DNA of 64,000 nucleotides from Spirochaetia bacterium (GCA_965203515.1 OZ241907.1:1280001-1344000); one strand, 5' to 3'. Positions 19,120 to 29,612 are shown, numbered from the stretch's first letter. Made by a program: numbers and translations. The notes: generated by a model not told the origin, from the letters alone.

Positions 19120-19208
19120 CGATCCTCGCCGGGGGCGGCCGAATCCGGCGCCTGCGTGGCGGTGCTGACCACCGGTCGGAACCGGTGCCCATGCTACGCT
19201 CGGTGCGG

Positions 19209-20804
19209 ATGGCGACCATGCGTTCGTTCAACACCGCCGGTCCCGTCAAGCCCGACCGGCACTACTGCATTCCGCCGCTGGCGCGCCTCGACCTGGATCA
19301 GGTCCTGCGCCTGGTGGCGGACGAGAAGTACTTCGTGCTGCATGCGCCGCGCCAGACCGGCAAGACCTCGTCGCTGCTGGCGCTGGCCGAAGCGCTGAAC
19401 GAACGCGGCTACCATTGCGTGTACGTCACCGTGGAAACCGCCCGCACCGCCCGCGACGACGTGGCGCGGGCGATGCGCTCGGTGCTGATCAGGCTGGCGT
19501 CCCAGGCGCGCGCCACGCTGGGTGATCGGTTCCTGGACGGCGCTTGGGCTGAGATTCTCGCCGATTTCGGCCCTGACGAGGCGTTGGGAGAAGCGCTCTC
19601 ACGTTGGGCGGAGGCGGCGCCGCGCCCGCTGGTGCTGTTGATCGATGAGATCGACACGCTGGTCGGCGACTCGCTGCTGGCGGTCCTGCAGCAGCTCCGC
19701 GCCGGCTACCCCGACCGTCCTGAGCGCTTCCCGCAGAGCGTCGTGCTGTGCGGCCTGCGCGACGTGCGCGACTACCGCATCGGCGCAACCGGCAGCCCCT
19801 TCAACATCGCCGCCGCGTCGCTGCGGCTGGGCGACTTCTCGCGCGCCGAGACGCTGGCCCTGCTCGGCCAGCATACCGGGCAGACCGGCCAGCCGTTCGC
19901 GCCGGAGGCGCTGGAGGCGGTCTGGACGCAGACCTGCGGCCAGCCGTGGCTGGTCAACGCGCTGGCCTACGGCGCCTGCTTCGAGAACAAGGCGCTGCGC
20001 GACGACCGTTCACGTCCGGTCACCGCCGCCGCCGTCGCTGCGGTTCGGGAGGAACTCATCATCGATCGGGTGACCCACCTCGATTACCTGGCCGACAAGC
20101 TGCGCGAGGAGCGCGTGCGGCGGGTGATCGAGCCGATGCTGACCGGCGCCGAGCGCTACGCCATCACCGACCGCGACCTGGGCTACGCGCGCGACCTGGG
20201 GCTGCTCGCCCGCGAGGCGCCGGTGCGGATCGCCAATCCGATCTACGCGGAGGTGCTGCCGCGCGAACTGTCGTGGGCGGCGCAGGAGACGCTCGACCTG
20301 TCGCCGCCGCGCTACGTGCGCGCGGACGGCAGCCTGAACGCGGCGTTGCTGCTGGAGGAGTTCCAGAGCTTCTTCCGGCGCCACTCCGAGCACTGGCGCG
20401 ACCGCTTTGCCTACGCGGAGGCGTGGCCGCAGTTGCTGCTGCAGGCGTACCTGCAGCGGGTGGTGAACGGCGGCGGGCGGATCGAGCGGGAGTACGCGCT
20501 GGGGCGGGGGCGGGTCGACCTGCTGATCGTGTGGCCGGTGGGGGAGCAGGCGCTGGCGCAGCGGGCGCAGGAGGTGCGGGTGCAGGAGGTGGTGGTGGAG
20601 TGCAAGGTGGTGCGGGAGCGGGACGGGCTGGAGCGGACCATCGCCGAAGGGGTGGAGCAGACCGCGGGGTACGCGGCGCGGTGCGCGGCGGAGGCGGCGC
20701 ACCTGGTGGTGATCGACTGCCGGGAGGATCGGACCTGGGAGGAGAAGGTATTCCACCACCGGCGCGGCGCCGCGGCGGCGCCGGTCGACGTCTGGGGCAT
20801 GTGA
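19209..20804 (+). CDS. AAA ATPase + C-terminal PD-(D/E)XK-like nuclease fusion (FNTAGP family)
   Basis: FNTAGP, Walker A HAPRQTGKTS, Walker B LIDEID, REYALGRGRVDL...VECK; alternative ATG 19218. Confidence 0.85.
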   Translation: MATMRSFNTAGPVKPDRHYCIPPLARLDLDQVLRLVADEKYFVLHAPRQTGKTSSLLALAEALNERGYHCVYVTVETARTARDDVARAMRSVLIRLASQARATLGDRFLDGAWAEILADFGPDEALGEALSRWAEAAPRPLVLLIDEIDTLVGDSLLAVLQQLRAGYPDRPERFPQSVVLCGLRDVRDYRIGATGSPFNIAAASLRLGDFSRAETLALLGQHTGQTGQPFAPEALEAVWTQTCGQPWLVNALAYGACFENKALRDDRSRPVTAAAVAAVREELIIDRVTHLDYLADKLREERVRRVIEPMLTGAERYAITDRDLGYARDLGLLAREAPVRIANPIYAEVLPRELSWAAQETLDLSPPRYVRADGSLNAALLLEEFQSFFRRHSEHWRDRFAYAEAWPQLLLQAYLQRVVNGGGRIEREYALGRGRVDLLIVWPVGEQALAQRAQEVRVQEVVVECKVVRERDGLERTIAEGVEQTAGYAARCAAEAAHLVVIDCREDRTWEEKVFHHRRGAAAAPVDVWGM

Positions 20805-20882
20805 TTACCCGACGCCAGGATCGATGGCCCTGCTACCCAGGCAGGCCCTCCGGTCGCTGCGGCCCCGCTGCCGGCGTCGCCC

Positions 20883-22367
20883 TTACTCCTCCTCGTCCGC
20901 GATCCGCACCTGCAGCGTCCTGCCTTTCAGCGTCCGGCGCGCCCAGTAGAGGTTCTGGAACTGATCATTGCCGGGCTCCGTCCACTCCGCGATGGCGGTT
21001 GCCCCGGTGCCGCTGCCGCCGGTAATGGTGATGGTGGGGCGCATCGGGTAGCCGCTCCCCCGGTTCGTGATCGTCACCTCGCCGAGCACGGCTATCAATG
21101 CGGAGGTGGCGGATGCCGCTTGGCCGAACACTTGTGAGAAGATAACGGTCGGGGCGGTCGTGTAGCCGTACCCCGGGTCCGTGACCGTCACCGTATCGAC
21201 GGCGCCGGACAGCACCGCGGTGCCCGCCGCCCCGCTGCCGCCGCCGCCCGTAAAGCTGACGGTCGGCACCGTCGCGTAGCCGCTCCCATTGCCCACCACT
21301 GCCACGGAAGCGATGCCGCTCTGCAGCGTCGCGGTGGCGGTGGCGGCCGTGGAGGGACCGCCGCCGCTAAAGGATACGGTCGGGGCCGACGTGTAGCCGC
21401 TCCCCCGGTTCGTGATCGTCACGCCCGTGATGGTACCCGACAGGCTGAGCACCGCGGTGCCGGTCGCCACGTCGGTACCGCTGGCCGGGTTCCCGAAGGT
21501 AACGGTGGGGGAGCTGTTGTAGCCGATCCCATTGTTCGTCATCGTCACGGACAGGACGCCGGTTTGCAGGAACGCTGTGGCGGTCGCCCCGGTGCCCGGC
21601 CCCCCAAAGGCAACGGTCGGGGCCGACGTGTAGCCGCTTCCATGGTTCGTGATATCCACGTCATAGACTTCGCCCTTCAACGCTGCGGTGGCGGCGGGCA
21701 TGGCGCCGCCGGACGGCGGCGCCGAAAAGCTGACGGTCGGGGCGACGCGTGACGCGTAGGTTTGAGCTCCATCGTACGTGACCGTCACGGACCCGACGCC
21801 CATGGACGCCGCCGCGGTGGCGGTGGCCCTGACGCCGCCGGACGGCGGCGCCGAAAAGGCGACGGTCGGGGCGCTCGTGTAGCCGCTCCCCCGGCTCGTG
21901 ACCCTGACCCCGCTGACGAATCCGCCCTCGTCCGACTGGTCCGGGGCCGTGAGCACCAGCACCACCTCGCCCTCCCGGACTTCCGCTTCGACCTTCCACT
22001 CCGCGCCGGAGAGATCGTCCGCGAAGACCGGCCGGTAACTGACGTTCTCGAGCGGCAGGTCCTGCCCGTCGATCGAAACGCGCACCTTGCCGGCGGCGAT
22101 CCGGTCCCAGGCGTACGGCGCGGAACGGTTGGTGGTCTGGATAAACACGTCCGCCTCGTCGCCAAAGTGAGCCACGCTGATCGGCCAGCTCTTCATCGTC
22201 TCCTGCGGCGTCGGCGTCGTCGGCTCATCGCCGCCCGCCGGTCCCGGCGTCGCCGGCGTCTTGGTATCGGGCGCCCGGTCGGTCTGCGGGCACGCCAGCA
22301 GGACGATGGCGGCGACCGCCGCGAGCGCTACGATCCATGTCTTCTTTCTTACCTGACTTCCCAACAA
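20883..22367 (-). CDS. Predicted lipoprotein with 8 [14 protein letters not shown] repeats inserted in a conserved domain
   Basis: SD AGGAGAGGA + TTG; basic N-region, hydrophobic stretch, LLAC lipobox; Pro/Thr linker; shares flanking blocks with 35930-38077. Confidence 0.8.
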   Translation of the reverse strand: MLGSQVRKKTWIVALAAVAAIVLLACPQTDRAPDTKTPATPGPAGGDEPTTPTPQETMKSWPISVAHFGDEADVFIQTTNRSAPYAWDRIAAGKVRVSIDGQDLPLENVSYRPVFADDLSGAEWKVEAEVREGEVVLVLTAPDQSDEGGFVSGVRVTSRGSGYTSAPTVAFSAPPSGGVRATATAAASMGVGSVTVTYDGAQTYASRVAPTVSFSAPPSGGAMPAATAALKGEVYDVDITNHGSGYTSAPTVAFGGPGTGATATAFLQTGVLSVTMTNNGIGYNSSPTVTFGNPASGTDVATGTAVLSLSGTITGVTITNRGSGYTSAPTVSFSGGGPSTAATATATLQSGIASVAVVGNGSGYATVPTVSFTGGGGSGAAGTAVLSGAVDTVTVTDPGYGYTTAPTVIFSQVFGQAASATSALIAVLGEVTITNRGSGYPMRPTITITGGSGTGATAIAEWTEPGNDQFQNLYWARRTLKGRTLQVRIADEEE

Positions 22368-22418
22368 GATTCCTCTCCTGTGAGTCGAGCGCGGCCCATG
22401 ACTCCGTCGGCCGGCTGA

Positions 22419-22447
22419 ACGGTAGCACGCGGCCCCAAAGCGGGCAA
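22419..22447 (-). promoter_or_regulatory. Putative sigma70-type promoter of the repeat lipoprotein
   Basis: TTGCCC-17 nt-TACCGT with TG extension. Confidence 0.5.
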
Positions 22448-22491
22448 CCTCACCCCCCAGACAGACGATGCCGGCGCGCCGCCCCGCCGGA

Positions 22492-23307
22492 TCATGACTC
22501 GATCGCCGCGTCGCCGCGTTTCTCCAGCCAGTCGTACAGGGCCCGGTTCGACTCCCAGTCGAGGTCGAGCATGCAGGTGCCGAGGATGACGGCGCCGTAG
22601 ACCCGCCGCTCGCGGATCAGCTCCTCGCACGCGTCGAGCTGCCGGCGCATGCCGGCGTAGGAGAGCTTCCGCAGGTTGCCGAAGTCGTAGACGTAGATGC
22701 AGGTCAGCAGCGGCTTGCCGCCGGTCAGCCGGCTCAGGCGCTCGGCGTAGCCCGGCAACCGGTCGATGTCCGCGGCGTGCCAGAGCGGATTCAGAAAGCC
22801 GGCGAAGTACGGCAGCAGGGGAAGCTGGCGGTCATCTGCGAGCGACATCTCATAGAACGTGGCCATCAGCGGCAACTGCGGCGGGCGCGCGGCGTTCTCG
22901 AACTGCAGGTCCGCCAGGTGCTTGGGCGTCACGCCGCCGGCGACGCTGCCGGTGCTGAAGTCGTCCAGCAGGAACGACTCGATGCGCGGGTCCCGGGCGG
23001 CGAGCCGCTTGGCTTGCAGCAGGGCGTTCAGGCCCGCGTCGTAGTCGACCCGGGTCGCGCCGTCGACCGTCCGGTGCATCGCCCCCTTGGCGATGATCCG
23101 CCGAGCCGCCGACAGCCCGGCCATCGTCTCCCCGGTCAGCGGCAGGCCCCCGGCGATCAGCACGTTGCGAATCCCGGTCCGCTCGATCGCCTGTTGCGCC
23201 GTCAGCGTCGACGGCTCGTCCCGGAACGGATACGCACGGAGCTCCTGCAGGACGTTCACCGGCATGCCCCACAGCCAGAGATGATCGCGCAGCGTCGAGC
23301 CGCTCAT
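22492..23307 (-). CDS. Hypothetical protein, possibly glycoside-hydrolase-like TIM barrel
   Basis: Protein-like composition, LWLWG start, LLDDF, IYVYDFG; SD GGAGG; divergent from ABC operon. Confidence 0.65.
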   Translation of the reverse strand: MSGSTLRDHLWLWGMPVNVLQELRAYPFRDEPSTLTAQQAIERTGIRNVLIAGGLPLTGETMAGLSAARRIIAKGAMHRTVDGATRVDYDAGLNALLQAKRLAARDPRIESFLLDDFSTGSVAGGVTPKHLADLQFENAARPPQLPLMATFYEMSLADDRQLPLLPYFAGFLNPLWHAADIDRLPGYAERLSRLTGGKPLLTCIYVYDFGNLRKLSYAGMRRQLDACEELIRERRVYGAVILGTCMLDLDWESNRALYDWLEKRGDAAIES

Positions 23308-23374
23308 AACGGTTACCCTCCGGCGACTATCCTGCCACGGGACCGGCGCTGCGTGCTATACTCCGGCGCCGAGC

Positions 23375-24328
23375 ATGGCCGACAGCATCAGCACGGCCGG
23401 CAGCGTCCGCTCGTGGTCGCCGCTCCGCCGCAAGCTGCACCGTTCCCGGTACCTCTACGTACTGTTCGCCGCGCCGTTCCTCTTCTACGTGCTGTTCGAG
23501 TACGCGCCGATGTACGGCGTGCTGATCGCCTTCAAGGAGATCAAGGTCTTCCGCGGGCTGGGCGCGATGCTCTCCGCCCCCGGCGTCGGCTTCAAGTACT
23601 TCGAGCTCTACCTCTCCGACCCCTACTTCTGGAAGCTGGTGCGCAACACCGTGCTGATCCAGGCGCTCGGCCTGGCGGTCGGCTTCCCGGCCCCGATCGT
23701 CCTGGCGCTGATGCTCAACGAGGTGCGCGTCATCGCGTTCAAGCGCGCCATCCAGTCGATCACCTACCTGCCGCACTTCATCTCGCTGGTGGTGATCTGC
23801 GGCATGATCGTCAACTTCGTCGCCACCGACGGGGTGGTGAACGACTTCCTGGCCTTCCTGGGCCTGCCGCGCACGCCGTTTCTGGTGCGGCCCGAATGGT
23901 TCCGGGCGATCTACGTCGGCAGCGACGTGTGGCAGGACGTCGGCTGGGGAGCGATCATCTACCTGGCCGCCCTGACCACCGTCGATCCGCAGCTCTACGA
24001 GGCGGCCGCCCTCGACGGCGCCGGGCGCTGGCGGCAGCTCCGGCACGTCACCTGGCCCGGCATCCTGCCGACCGTGGTGATCCTGTTCATCCTGGCCCTG
24101 GGGCGGATCATGGACGTCGGCTACCAGAAGATCATCCTGCTCTACACCGGCGCCACCTATGAGACCGCCGACGTCATCGCCACCTTCGTCTACCGCCGCG
24201 GCCTGATCCAGTCCGACTTCTCCTACGCCACCGCGGTGGGGCTGTTCACGTCGGTGATCGGCATCCTGTTCGTGGTCTCGGCCAACCGCATCAGCCGCTC
24301 CCTAGGGGGGGGGGTCAGCCTGTGGTAG
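23375..24328 (+). CDS. Carbohydrate ABC permease (LplB-like)
   Basis: PMYGVLIAFK, YLPHFIS, LYEAAALDGA. Confidence 0.9.
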   Translation: MADSISTAGSVRSWSPLRRKLHRSRYLYVLFAAPFLFYVLFEYAPMYGVLIAFKEIKVFRGLGAMLSAPGVGFKYFELYLSDPYFWKLVRNTVLIQALGLAVGFPAPIVLALMLNEVRVIAFKRAIQSITYLPHFISLVVICGMIVNFVATDGVVNDFLAFLGLPRTPFLVRPEWFRAIYVGSDVWQDVGWGAIIYLAALTTVDPQLYEAAALDGAGRWRQLRHVTWPGILPTVVILFILALGRIMDVGYQKIILLYTGATYETADVIATFVYRRGLIQSDFSYATAVGLFTSVIGILFVVSANRISRSLGGGVSLW

Positions 24329-25206
24329 GGATCGCCCGCGCCGCCACCGTCGGCGACCGCGCGTTCGACGTCGGCAACGCGCTGCTGCTGGCGACGCTCG
24401 CCTTCATCACGCTCTATCCGCTCTACTACGTGGCGATCGTGTCGCTCTCGAACGGGCACGCGGTGGTGCGGGGCGAGGTCCACTGGTGGCCGGTCGGCAT
24501 CAACCTGCAGTCGTACCGCGCCGTGCTGGAAGCTCCGTACGTGCTCACCTCCTTCCGCAACACCGTGTGGTACACCCTGGTCGGCACCGCGGCGAACGTC
24601 TCGCTGACCGCCTGCTGCGCCTATCCGCTGGCGATGAAGTTCTTCTACGGCCGGCGCTTCCTCACCGCGTTCGTGGTCGCCACCATGTTCTTCAAGGCCG
24701 GGCTGATCCCGATGTACCTGCTGGTGCGCAGCCTGGGCATGCTGGACACCATCTGGGCGCTGGTGCTGCCGACCGCGATCGTCACCTTCAACATGATCGT
24801 CATGCGCACCTTCTTCCAGAACATTCCCGAGGAGCTGAACGACTCGGCCTATCTCGACGGCGCCAACGACATCCAGATCTTCGCGCGCATCGTGCTGCCG
24901 AACTCCAAGCCGATCCTGGCGACGATGACGCTGTGGTACGCCGTGCTGCACTGGAACAGCTTCTTCCCGGCGCTGATCTATCTGAACGATCGGGAACGGT
25001 TTCCCATCCAGCTCATCCTGCGCGCCATGGTGATCGAGGGCGACGTGAGCAACATGCAGGTCGAGTTTCAGGATGACGAGCGGATCGTCGACACCACGGT
25101 GAAGTACGCGATCATCATGGTCTCGACGCTGCCGATCCTGCTCCTCTACCCGTTCCTGCAACGCTACTTCGTCAAGGGTATGATGCTCGGCAGCCTGAAA
25201 GGCTGA
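24322..25206 (+). CDS. Carbohydrate ABC permease (LplC-like)
   Basis: GLIPMY, DSAYLDGAND, YPFLQRYFVKG. Confidence 0.9.
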   Translation: MVGIARAATVGDRAFDVGNALLLATLAFITLYPLYYVAIVSLSNGHAVVRGEVHWWPVGINLQSYRAVLEAPYVLTSFRNTVWYTLVGTAANVSLTACCAYPLAMKFFYGRRFLTAFVVATMFFKAGLIPMYLLVRSLGMLDTIWALVLPTAIVTFNMIVMRTFFQNIPEELNDSAYLDGANDIQIFARIVLPNSKPILATMTLWYAVLHWNSFFPALIYLNDRERFPIQLILRAMVIEGDVSNMQVEFQDDERIVDTTVKYAIIMVSTLPILLLYPFLQRYFVKGMMLGSLKG

Positions 25207-25252
25207 CCGCCGGCTGCCTGAAAGGCTGACGACCGGGAGCCTGAAGGCTGAC
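25193..25252. repeat. Three copies of palindromic GCCTGA(A)AGGCTGAC at 23-bp period
   Basis: Copies at 25193-25207, 25216-25230, 25239-25252; first contains the permease stop codon. Confidence 0.85.
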
Positions 25253-25339
25253 CGGCCCGAACCACAGCGCGCCGCCGGTCGCGGCGCACGGACCCCGGCC
25301 GCCGCCGGCCGGACGAATCGACAGGAGGTATCCCCCCAC

Positions 25340-26884
25340 ATGCGGAAACTGATGAAACTGACCACGCTCGGCGCGGCGGCGCTGCTCGCCGCCGCCGGCG
25401 CATTCGCGTCTCCCGCGGCCGAGCAGGCCGCCGCCATGGAGCCGACCGTGCTGACGGTGGTGCTGTCGGACCGCGGCACCGCCCCGATCAACGTCGACTC
25501 GGACGTGATCGACGCCATCGAGGAGCGGTTGAACGTCACGTTCGACCTCACCGCGATCGCCGGCGGCGACTACAACGCCAAGAAGCGGACCCTGATCGCC
25601 ACCGACGACGTGCCCGACATCCTCCGGGTGCATCGCAACGATCTGGTCGAGTTCGGCGACACCGGCGTGTTCCTGGCGCTGAACGAGATGATCGAAACCA
25701 AGGTGCCCAACTACCAGCGCATCCTGGAGCAGAACGATCGCGTGCGGAAGGCGGCGATCGACGGCGTCCATTACGCGTTCGCCACGACCAAGCGGTTCGA
25801 GTTCCACCGCGGCATCATCAGCGTGATCCGCACCGACGTCGTGGAGGACCTGGGCCTGCGGATGCCGCAGAGCTTCGACGAGCTCTACGAGGTGCTCGCC
25901 GCCATCAAGGCGGCTCATCCCGACAGCCACGTATGGACCAACCGCGGCGGCGGGCGCAGCCTGGTGCGCAACGTCGCCTACGCCTTCGGCACCGGCGGCG
26001 ACGTCTACTACGACCCCGACCTCGACGGCGGGCGCTGGGCGTACGGCCCGATCCAGGCGCAGTACCGTAACCTGCTGCAGTACCTGCGCGGCGCCTACGC
26101 CGACGGCATCCTCGACCCCGACTTCGCCACCCTCACCACCACGCAGTGGCGGGAGAAGCAGGGCTCCGGGAAGAGCTTCTTCTTCTACGACAACCCCACC
26201 TACGGCAAGCGCGCCAACGACGCCATCGTGCCGGTCGAACCGGACGCCTGGTGGGCGCCGACCGACGTGCTGGCAAACTCGACCGGCGGCCGCCGCTCGC
26301 TGTTCTACGAGGAAGAGGTGTGGAGCCAGATGTGGGCGGTGGGCAGCAAGACCGAGCACGAGGACGCGATCGCGAGCTTCTTCAACTTCGCCTACACCGA
26401 CGAGTTCGCGGAGATGAAGGCGTTCGGGATCGAGGGCGTCCACTGGGTGCGGGACGGTGACGACTACCGCTTCACCGACGAGATGCGGGCCGAATACACC
26501 AGCGACACCGGCGCCTATCTGATCGACAAGTTCATGAACGAGGTCGGCACCGGCGCCTACAGCGCGTTTTCGCCCTACATCGACATGCGCCTGTACCGGA
26601 TGAACTGGCCCGAGTACCAGATCGGCTGGTACCTGGACATGGAGGCGAGCGGGCACTGGGACGACCCGAAGGTGGTGGCGCCGTTCGACGCGGCCGAGCG
26701 CGAGGAGGTCACCAACATCACGGCCGAGCTGGACACGCTGGTGCACGCGGCCATCGACAAGGTGATCCTGGGCGACATGAGCCTGGCGGAGTGGGACGAG
26801 CTTGTGCAGCGGATCATGCCCGACGCGCTGCGCCTGGAGGAGATCCACAACGCTGCCGAGCAGCGCTACCGGATGTCGCGCTGA
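25340..26884 (+). CDS. ABC transporter solute-binding protein (LplA-like)
   Basis: SD AGGAGG; signal peptide ending FASPAAE; PDI, IRTD...LGL..P, FGIEGVHW. Confidence 0.9.
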   Translation: MRKLMKLTTLGAAALLAAAGAFASPAAEQAAAMEPTVLTVVLSDRGTAPINVDSDVIDAIEERLNVTFDLTAIAGGDYNAKKRTLIATDDVPDILRVHRNDLVEFGDTGVFLALNEMIETKVPNYQRILEQNDRVRKAAIDGVHYAFATTKRFEFHRGIISVIRTDVVEDLGLRMPQSFDELYEVLAAIKAAHPDSHVWTNRGGGRSLVRNVAYAFGTGGDVYYDPDLDGGRWAYGPIQAQYRNLLQYLRGAYADGILDPDFATLTTTQWREKQGSGKSFFFYDNPTYGKRANDAIVPVEPDAWWAPTDVLANSTGGRRSLFYEEEVWSQMWAVGSKTEHEDAIASFFNFAYTDEFAEMKAFGIEGVHWVRDGDDYRFTDEMRAEYTSDTGAYLIDKFMNEVGTGAYSAFSPYIDMRLYRMNWPEYQIGWYLDMEASGHWDDPKVVAPFDAAEREEVTNITAELDTLVHAAIDKVILGDMSLAEWDELVQRIMPDALRLEEIHNAAEQRYRMSR

Positions 26885-26899
26885 GCGGACGCGCGCAAC

Positions 26900-26928
26900 G
26901 ACGGTCTCCCGCAGTGCGGGGGACCGTC
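26900..26928 (+). terminator. 13-bp stem-loop after binding-protein gene
   Basis: GACGGTCTCCCGC-agt-GCGGGGGACCGTC (one G-U pair); no U-tract. Confidence 0.5.
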
Positions 26929-27094
26929 CGCGCCGCGCGCCGGCGCGGATCGAACGCTTGTGGCCGGCGCTTGGTGAAACTGTCGCCGGCGGCGGTCAGA
27001 ACTTTTCGGGAACTTCCAGATACCGCACGCCGGCGGCAGCGGCCCGCTTCCGGTCGGCGGCATCGATCCGCTTGCCGGCGACCAGGGGGACGGC

Positions 27095-27258
27095 CTCATG
27101 TCCTTCTCGATGCGGTCCAGCCGTGCAGGCATGCCGAGGAACTCGTTGGTGAGCAGGGCGCGCAGCAACAACCGCTGAGCCTCCGGGTTGGCCTGCAGCT
27201 CGGCGATGATGCGGGCTACCAACGATTCCGGATCGAGTCGTTCAGCCGTCACGTGCAT
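27095..27258 (-). pseudogene. N-terminal remnant of a helical/coiled-coil protein
   Basis: First ~54 aa are protein-like (IIAELQANPEAQRLLLRALLTNEFLGMPARLDRIEKDM), then the frame turns into non-protein-like sequence. Confidence 0.4.
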
Positions 27259-27386
27259 ATAGGGATCGAAACCGTATTATCGCACGTCTCCCTGGTCAAG
27301 CCCGGGAGCCGGGTCGGCGGTCGACGCAAGAGCGCGCTGCCGTTTGACGATCCGCGGCCCCGGTATGAGAATCGGAAGCGTATCCG

Positions 27387-29612
27387 GTGAGCACTTCGAT
27401 CGACGACCGCGTGACGTTGCCGCTCCGCGAACGGCGGCAGACCGACGTGCTGGTCGCCGGCGGCGGCGTGGCCGGAGTGTACGCGGCGCTCGGCGCGGCG
27501 GATCACGGCGCGGGCGTGCTGCTGGTCGAGCAACACGGCTTCGTCGGCGGTCAGGGGACCGCCGGCGGCGTCCATTCCTTCTGCGGGGAGACCCGGGTCG
27601 TGAACGACCGCTGGCGCGAGATGGTACGCCGGCTCGGCGCCTTCGGCGGCATCGCCGCCTACCAGCCCAACCGCGACGGGCGCCCCTTCGACTGCGAGAG
27701 CCTCAAGTTCGTGCTGCAGGAGATGCTTGCCGAGGCGGGCGTGGAGCTGTTGCTGCACACCCAGGCGCTGACCGTGGAGCGGGCCGGCGACCGCGTGGCC
27801 GCCGTGGTGCTGGCCAACAAGAGCGGCCTGACCCGCATCGAACCGGCGGTCGCCGTGGACGCCACCGGCGACGCCGACCTGGTGGCGCGCGGCGGGTGGC
27901 CGTTCCGCAAGGGCGGACCGGTGCTGATGCCCGGCGACCCGCCGACGGTCGACGAGTCGGCCGGCCGGTTGCAGCTGCCGATGAGCCTCTACTTCACCCT
28001 GGTCGACAGCGGCGCGCCGGTTGCGCCGGTGCTGCCGCCCGGCTGCCCGGCCTACGGGAATGACGATGAGGTGCCGATGATCACGGTCATCCCGCACGGC
28101 CACCACGTGACCGTGAAGATGAAGGTAATCGGCCACGACGCCACCGACGGGGCGTCGCTGTCGGCGGCGGAGCAGGCCGGCCGGCGGCAGATGACGGGGG
28201 TCATCCACTACCTGCAGACGCACGGCTATCGCGGCGCGAGCTACCCCAACCACCGCTTGGCGTGGGTGGCGCCGCACGTCGGCATCCGCGAAGGCCGGCG
28301 GGTGGAGGCGGTCTACCTGCTGAGCGCCGGCGACATCCTGGCCGGACGCCGCTTCCCCGACGGGGTGGCGGTCGGTTCCTATCACACCGATTACCATTGG
28401 CCCACGGTGGCGCAGCGCGCCGGCACCGGCGTCACGGTGCAATGCCCACCCCACCAGATCCCGTTGCGCGCCATGCGCCCGCGCGGCGCCGCCAACCTGC
28501 TGGTGCCGGGCCGCGGCCTGGGCGGAGATCATCTGGCGACCAGCTCGTTTCGGGTGATGGGGACCTGCGCGCAGACCGGCTTCGCCGCCGGCGTGGCGGC
28601 CGCGCTCGGCGCGCCGGAGCGGTCCGTAGACTCGGTCGCCGTGCCGGAGCTGCGCGCGCGCCTGCGCCGCGCCGGGGTGCGGCTCGACCTGGCCCCCTAC
28701 TACGGCTACCTGCGCCGCCGCCGCGGCTACGATGAGCGCGCCGGGACAGCGCCGGCGGGCACAGCGCCGGCGGGCACGGCGCCGGCGGGCACGGCGCCGG
28801 CGTCGGTCACCGGCTTGGCGATCGCCGAGCTGGCCACCGGCGAGGTGCTGATCGCGTACGCCGCGGCCGGCTCGCTGGGCGTGCTGCGCCGCTGCGAGGA
28901 GCGCTGGCAGCCGCCGGTGACGTTGGGAGCCGTCGCGGCCGGCGCCGACCTGGCGTTCGCGGTGACGGACGGCGGGCGCAGCCGCACCGAGGGGCTGGAG
29001 CGGACGCCGGCGCTGGCGGCGGAGATCACCGAGTGCGATGCGCCGCCGGCGGTGGCGCTGCACGCCAGCGAACGCGCCGGCGAACGGGGCTGGGTTTCGG
29101 CGGACGGCGGCGTCAGGTGGCGCGCCCGTGGCGCTGCGGCCGGCCGGAACGACGGCGCTGCCAGCGGCGACGAAGCCCGCAGCGACGACGCCAGCATCGA
29201 CGACGCCCGCAACGGCAGCGCGCGGCCGGACCCGCCGGCGCCGGACGCGGCCGTGACGACCCTGACCTTGACCGACCACGATCGCGCCGCGCTGGGAGTG
29301 GCGCGTCTGTACGCGGCGGCGTGGCCGACCGGCGATGGCGTGACGCTGGGCACCGCCGGCGCCGACGGGCGCTGGCGACAGACCATGGCGGCGGCGGTCC
29401 CCGGCGGCAGCGGTCCGTGCGCCCTGACGGCGACCGCGGACGGGGTGCTGCTGGCCTGCGTCGACGGTCGCGCGATTCGCTGCCGGCGCATTCCGCTCGA
29501 TGCCGTCCTCGGCGCTGAGGCGGGCTCCGGCGCCGCGGATGCTTCCTGGCACCACGACGGCGCCGACCTGATCGCCGCCCTCGCGGAGCGCCGGCCGGCG
29601 GCCGTCCCGTGA
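27387..29612 (+). CDS. FAD-dependent oxidoreductase (FAD_oxidored family) with C-terminal extension
   Basis: DVLVAGGGVAG, GFVGGQGT, DATGDAD, GIREGRR, SSFRVMGTCAQTG. Confidence 0.85.
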   Translation: MSTSIDDRVTLPLRERRQTDVLVAGGGVAGVYAALGAADHGAGVLLVEQHGFVGGQGTAGGVHSFCGETRVVNDRWREMVRRLGAFGGIAAYQPNRDGRPFDCESLKFVLQEMLAEAGVELLLHTQALTVERAGDRVAAVVLANKSGLTRIEPAVAVDATGDADLVARGGWPFRKGGPVLMPGDPPTVDESAGRLQLPMSLYFTLVDSGAPVAPVLPPGCPAYGNDDEVPMITVIPHGHHVTVKMKVIGHDATDGASLSAAEQAGRRQMTGVIHYLQTHGYRGASYPNHRLAWVAPHVGIREGRRVEAVYLLSAGDILAGRRFPDGVAVGSYHTDYHWPTVAQRAGTGVTVQCPPHQIPLRAMRPRGAANLLVPGRGLGGDHLATSSFRVMGTCAQTGFAAGVAAALGAPERSVDSVAVPELRARLRRAGVRLDLAPYYGYLRRRRGYDERAGTAPAGTAPAGTAPAGTAPASVTGLAIAELATGEVLIAYAAAGSLGVLRRCEERWQPPVTLGAVAAGADLAFAVTDGGRSRTEGLERTPALAAEITECDAPPAVALHASERAGERGWVSADGGVRWRARGAAAGRNDGAASGDEARSDDASIDDARNGSARPDPPAPDAAVTTLTLTDHDRAALGVARLYAAAWPTGDGVTLGTAGADGRWRQTMAAAVPGGSGPCALTATADGVLLACVDGRAIRCRRIPLDAVLGAEAGSGAADASWHHDGADLIAALAERRPAAVP
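28740..28799 (+). repeat. 15-bp tandem repeat x4 encoding (AGTAP)4 linker
   Basis: Directly visible at junction of catalytic domain and extension. Confidence 0.9.

Noticed and set aside
25193..25252. Mini CRISPR array
   Set aside because: Repeats of 14-15 bp and spacers of 8 bp are far too short; no cas genes
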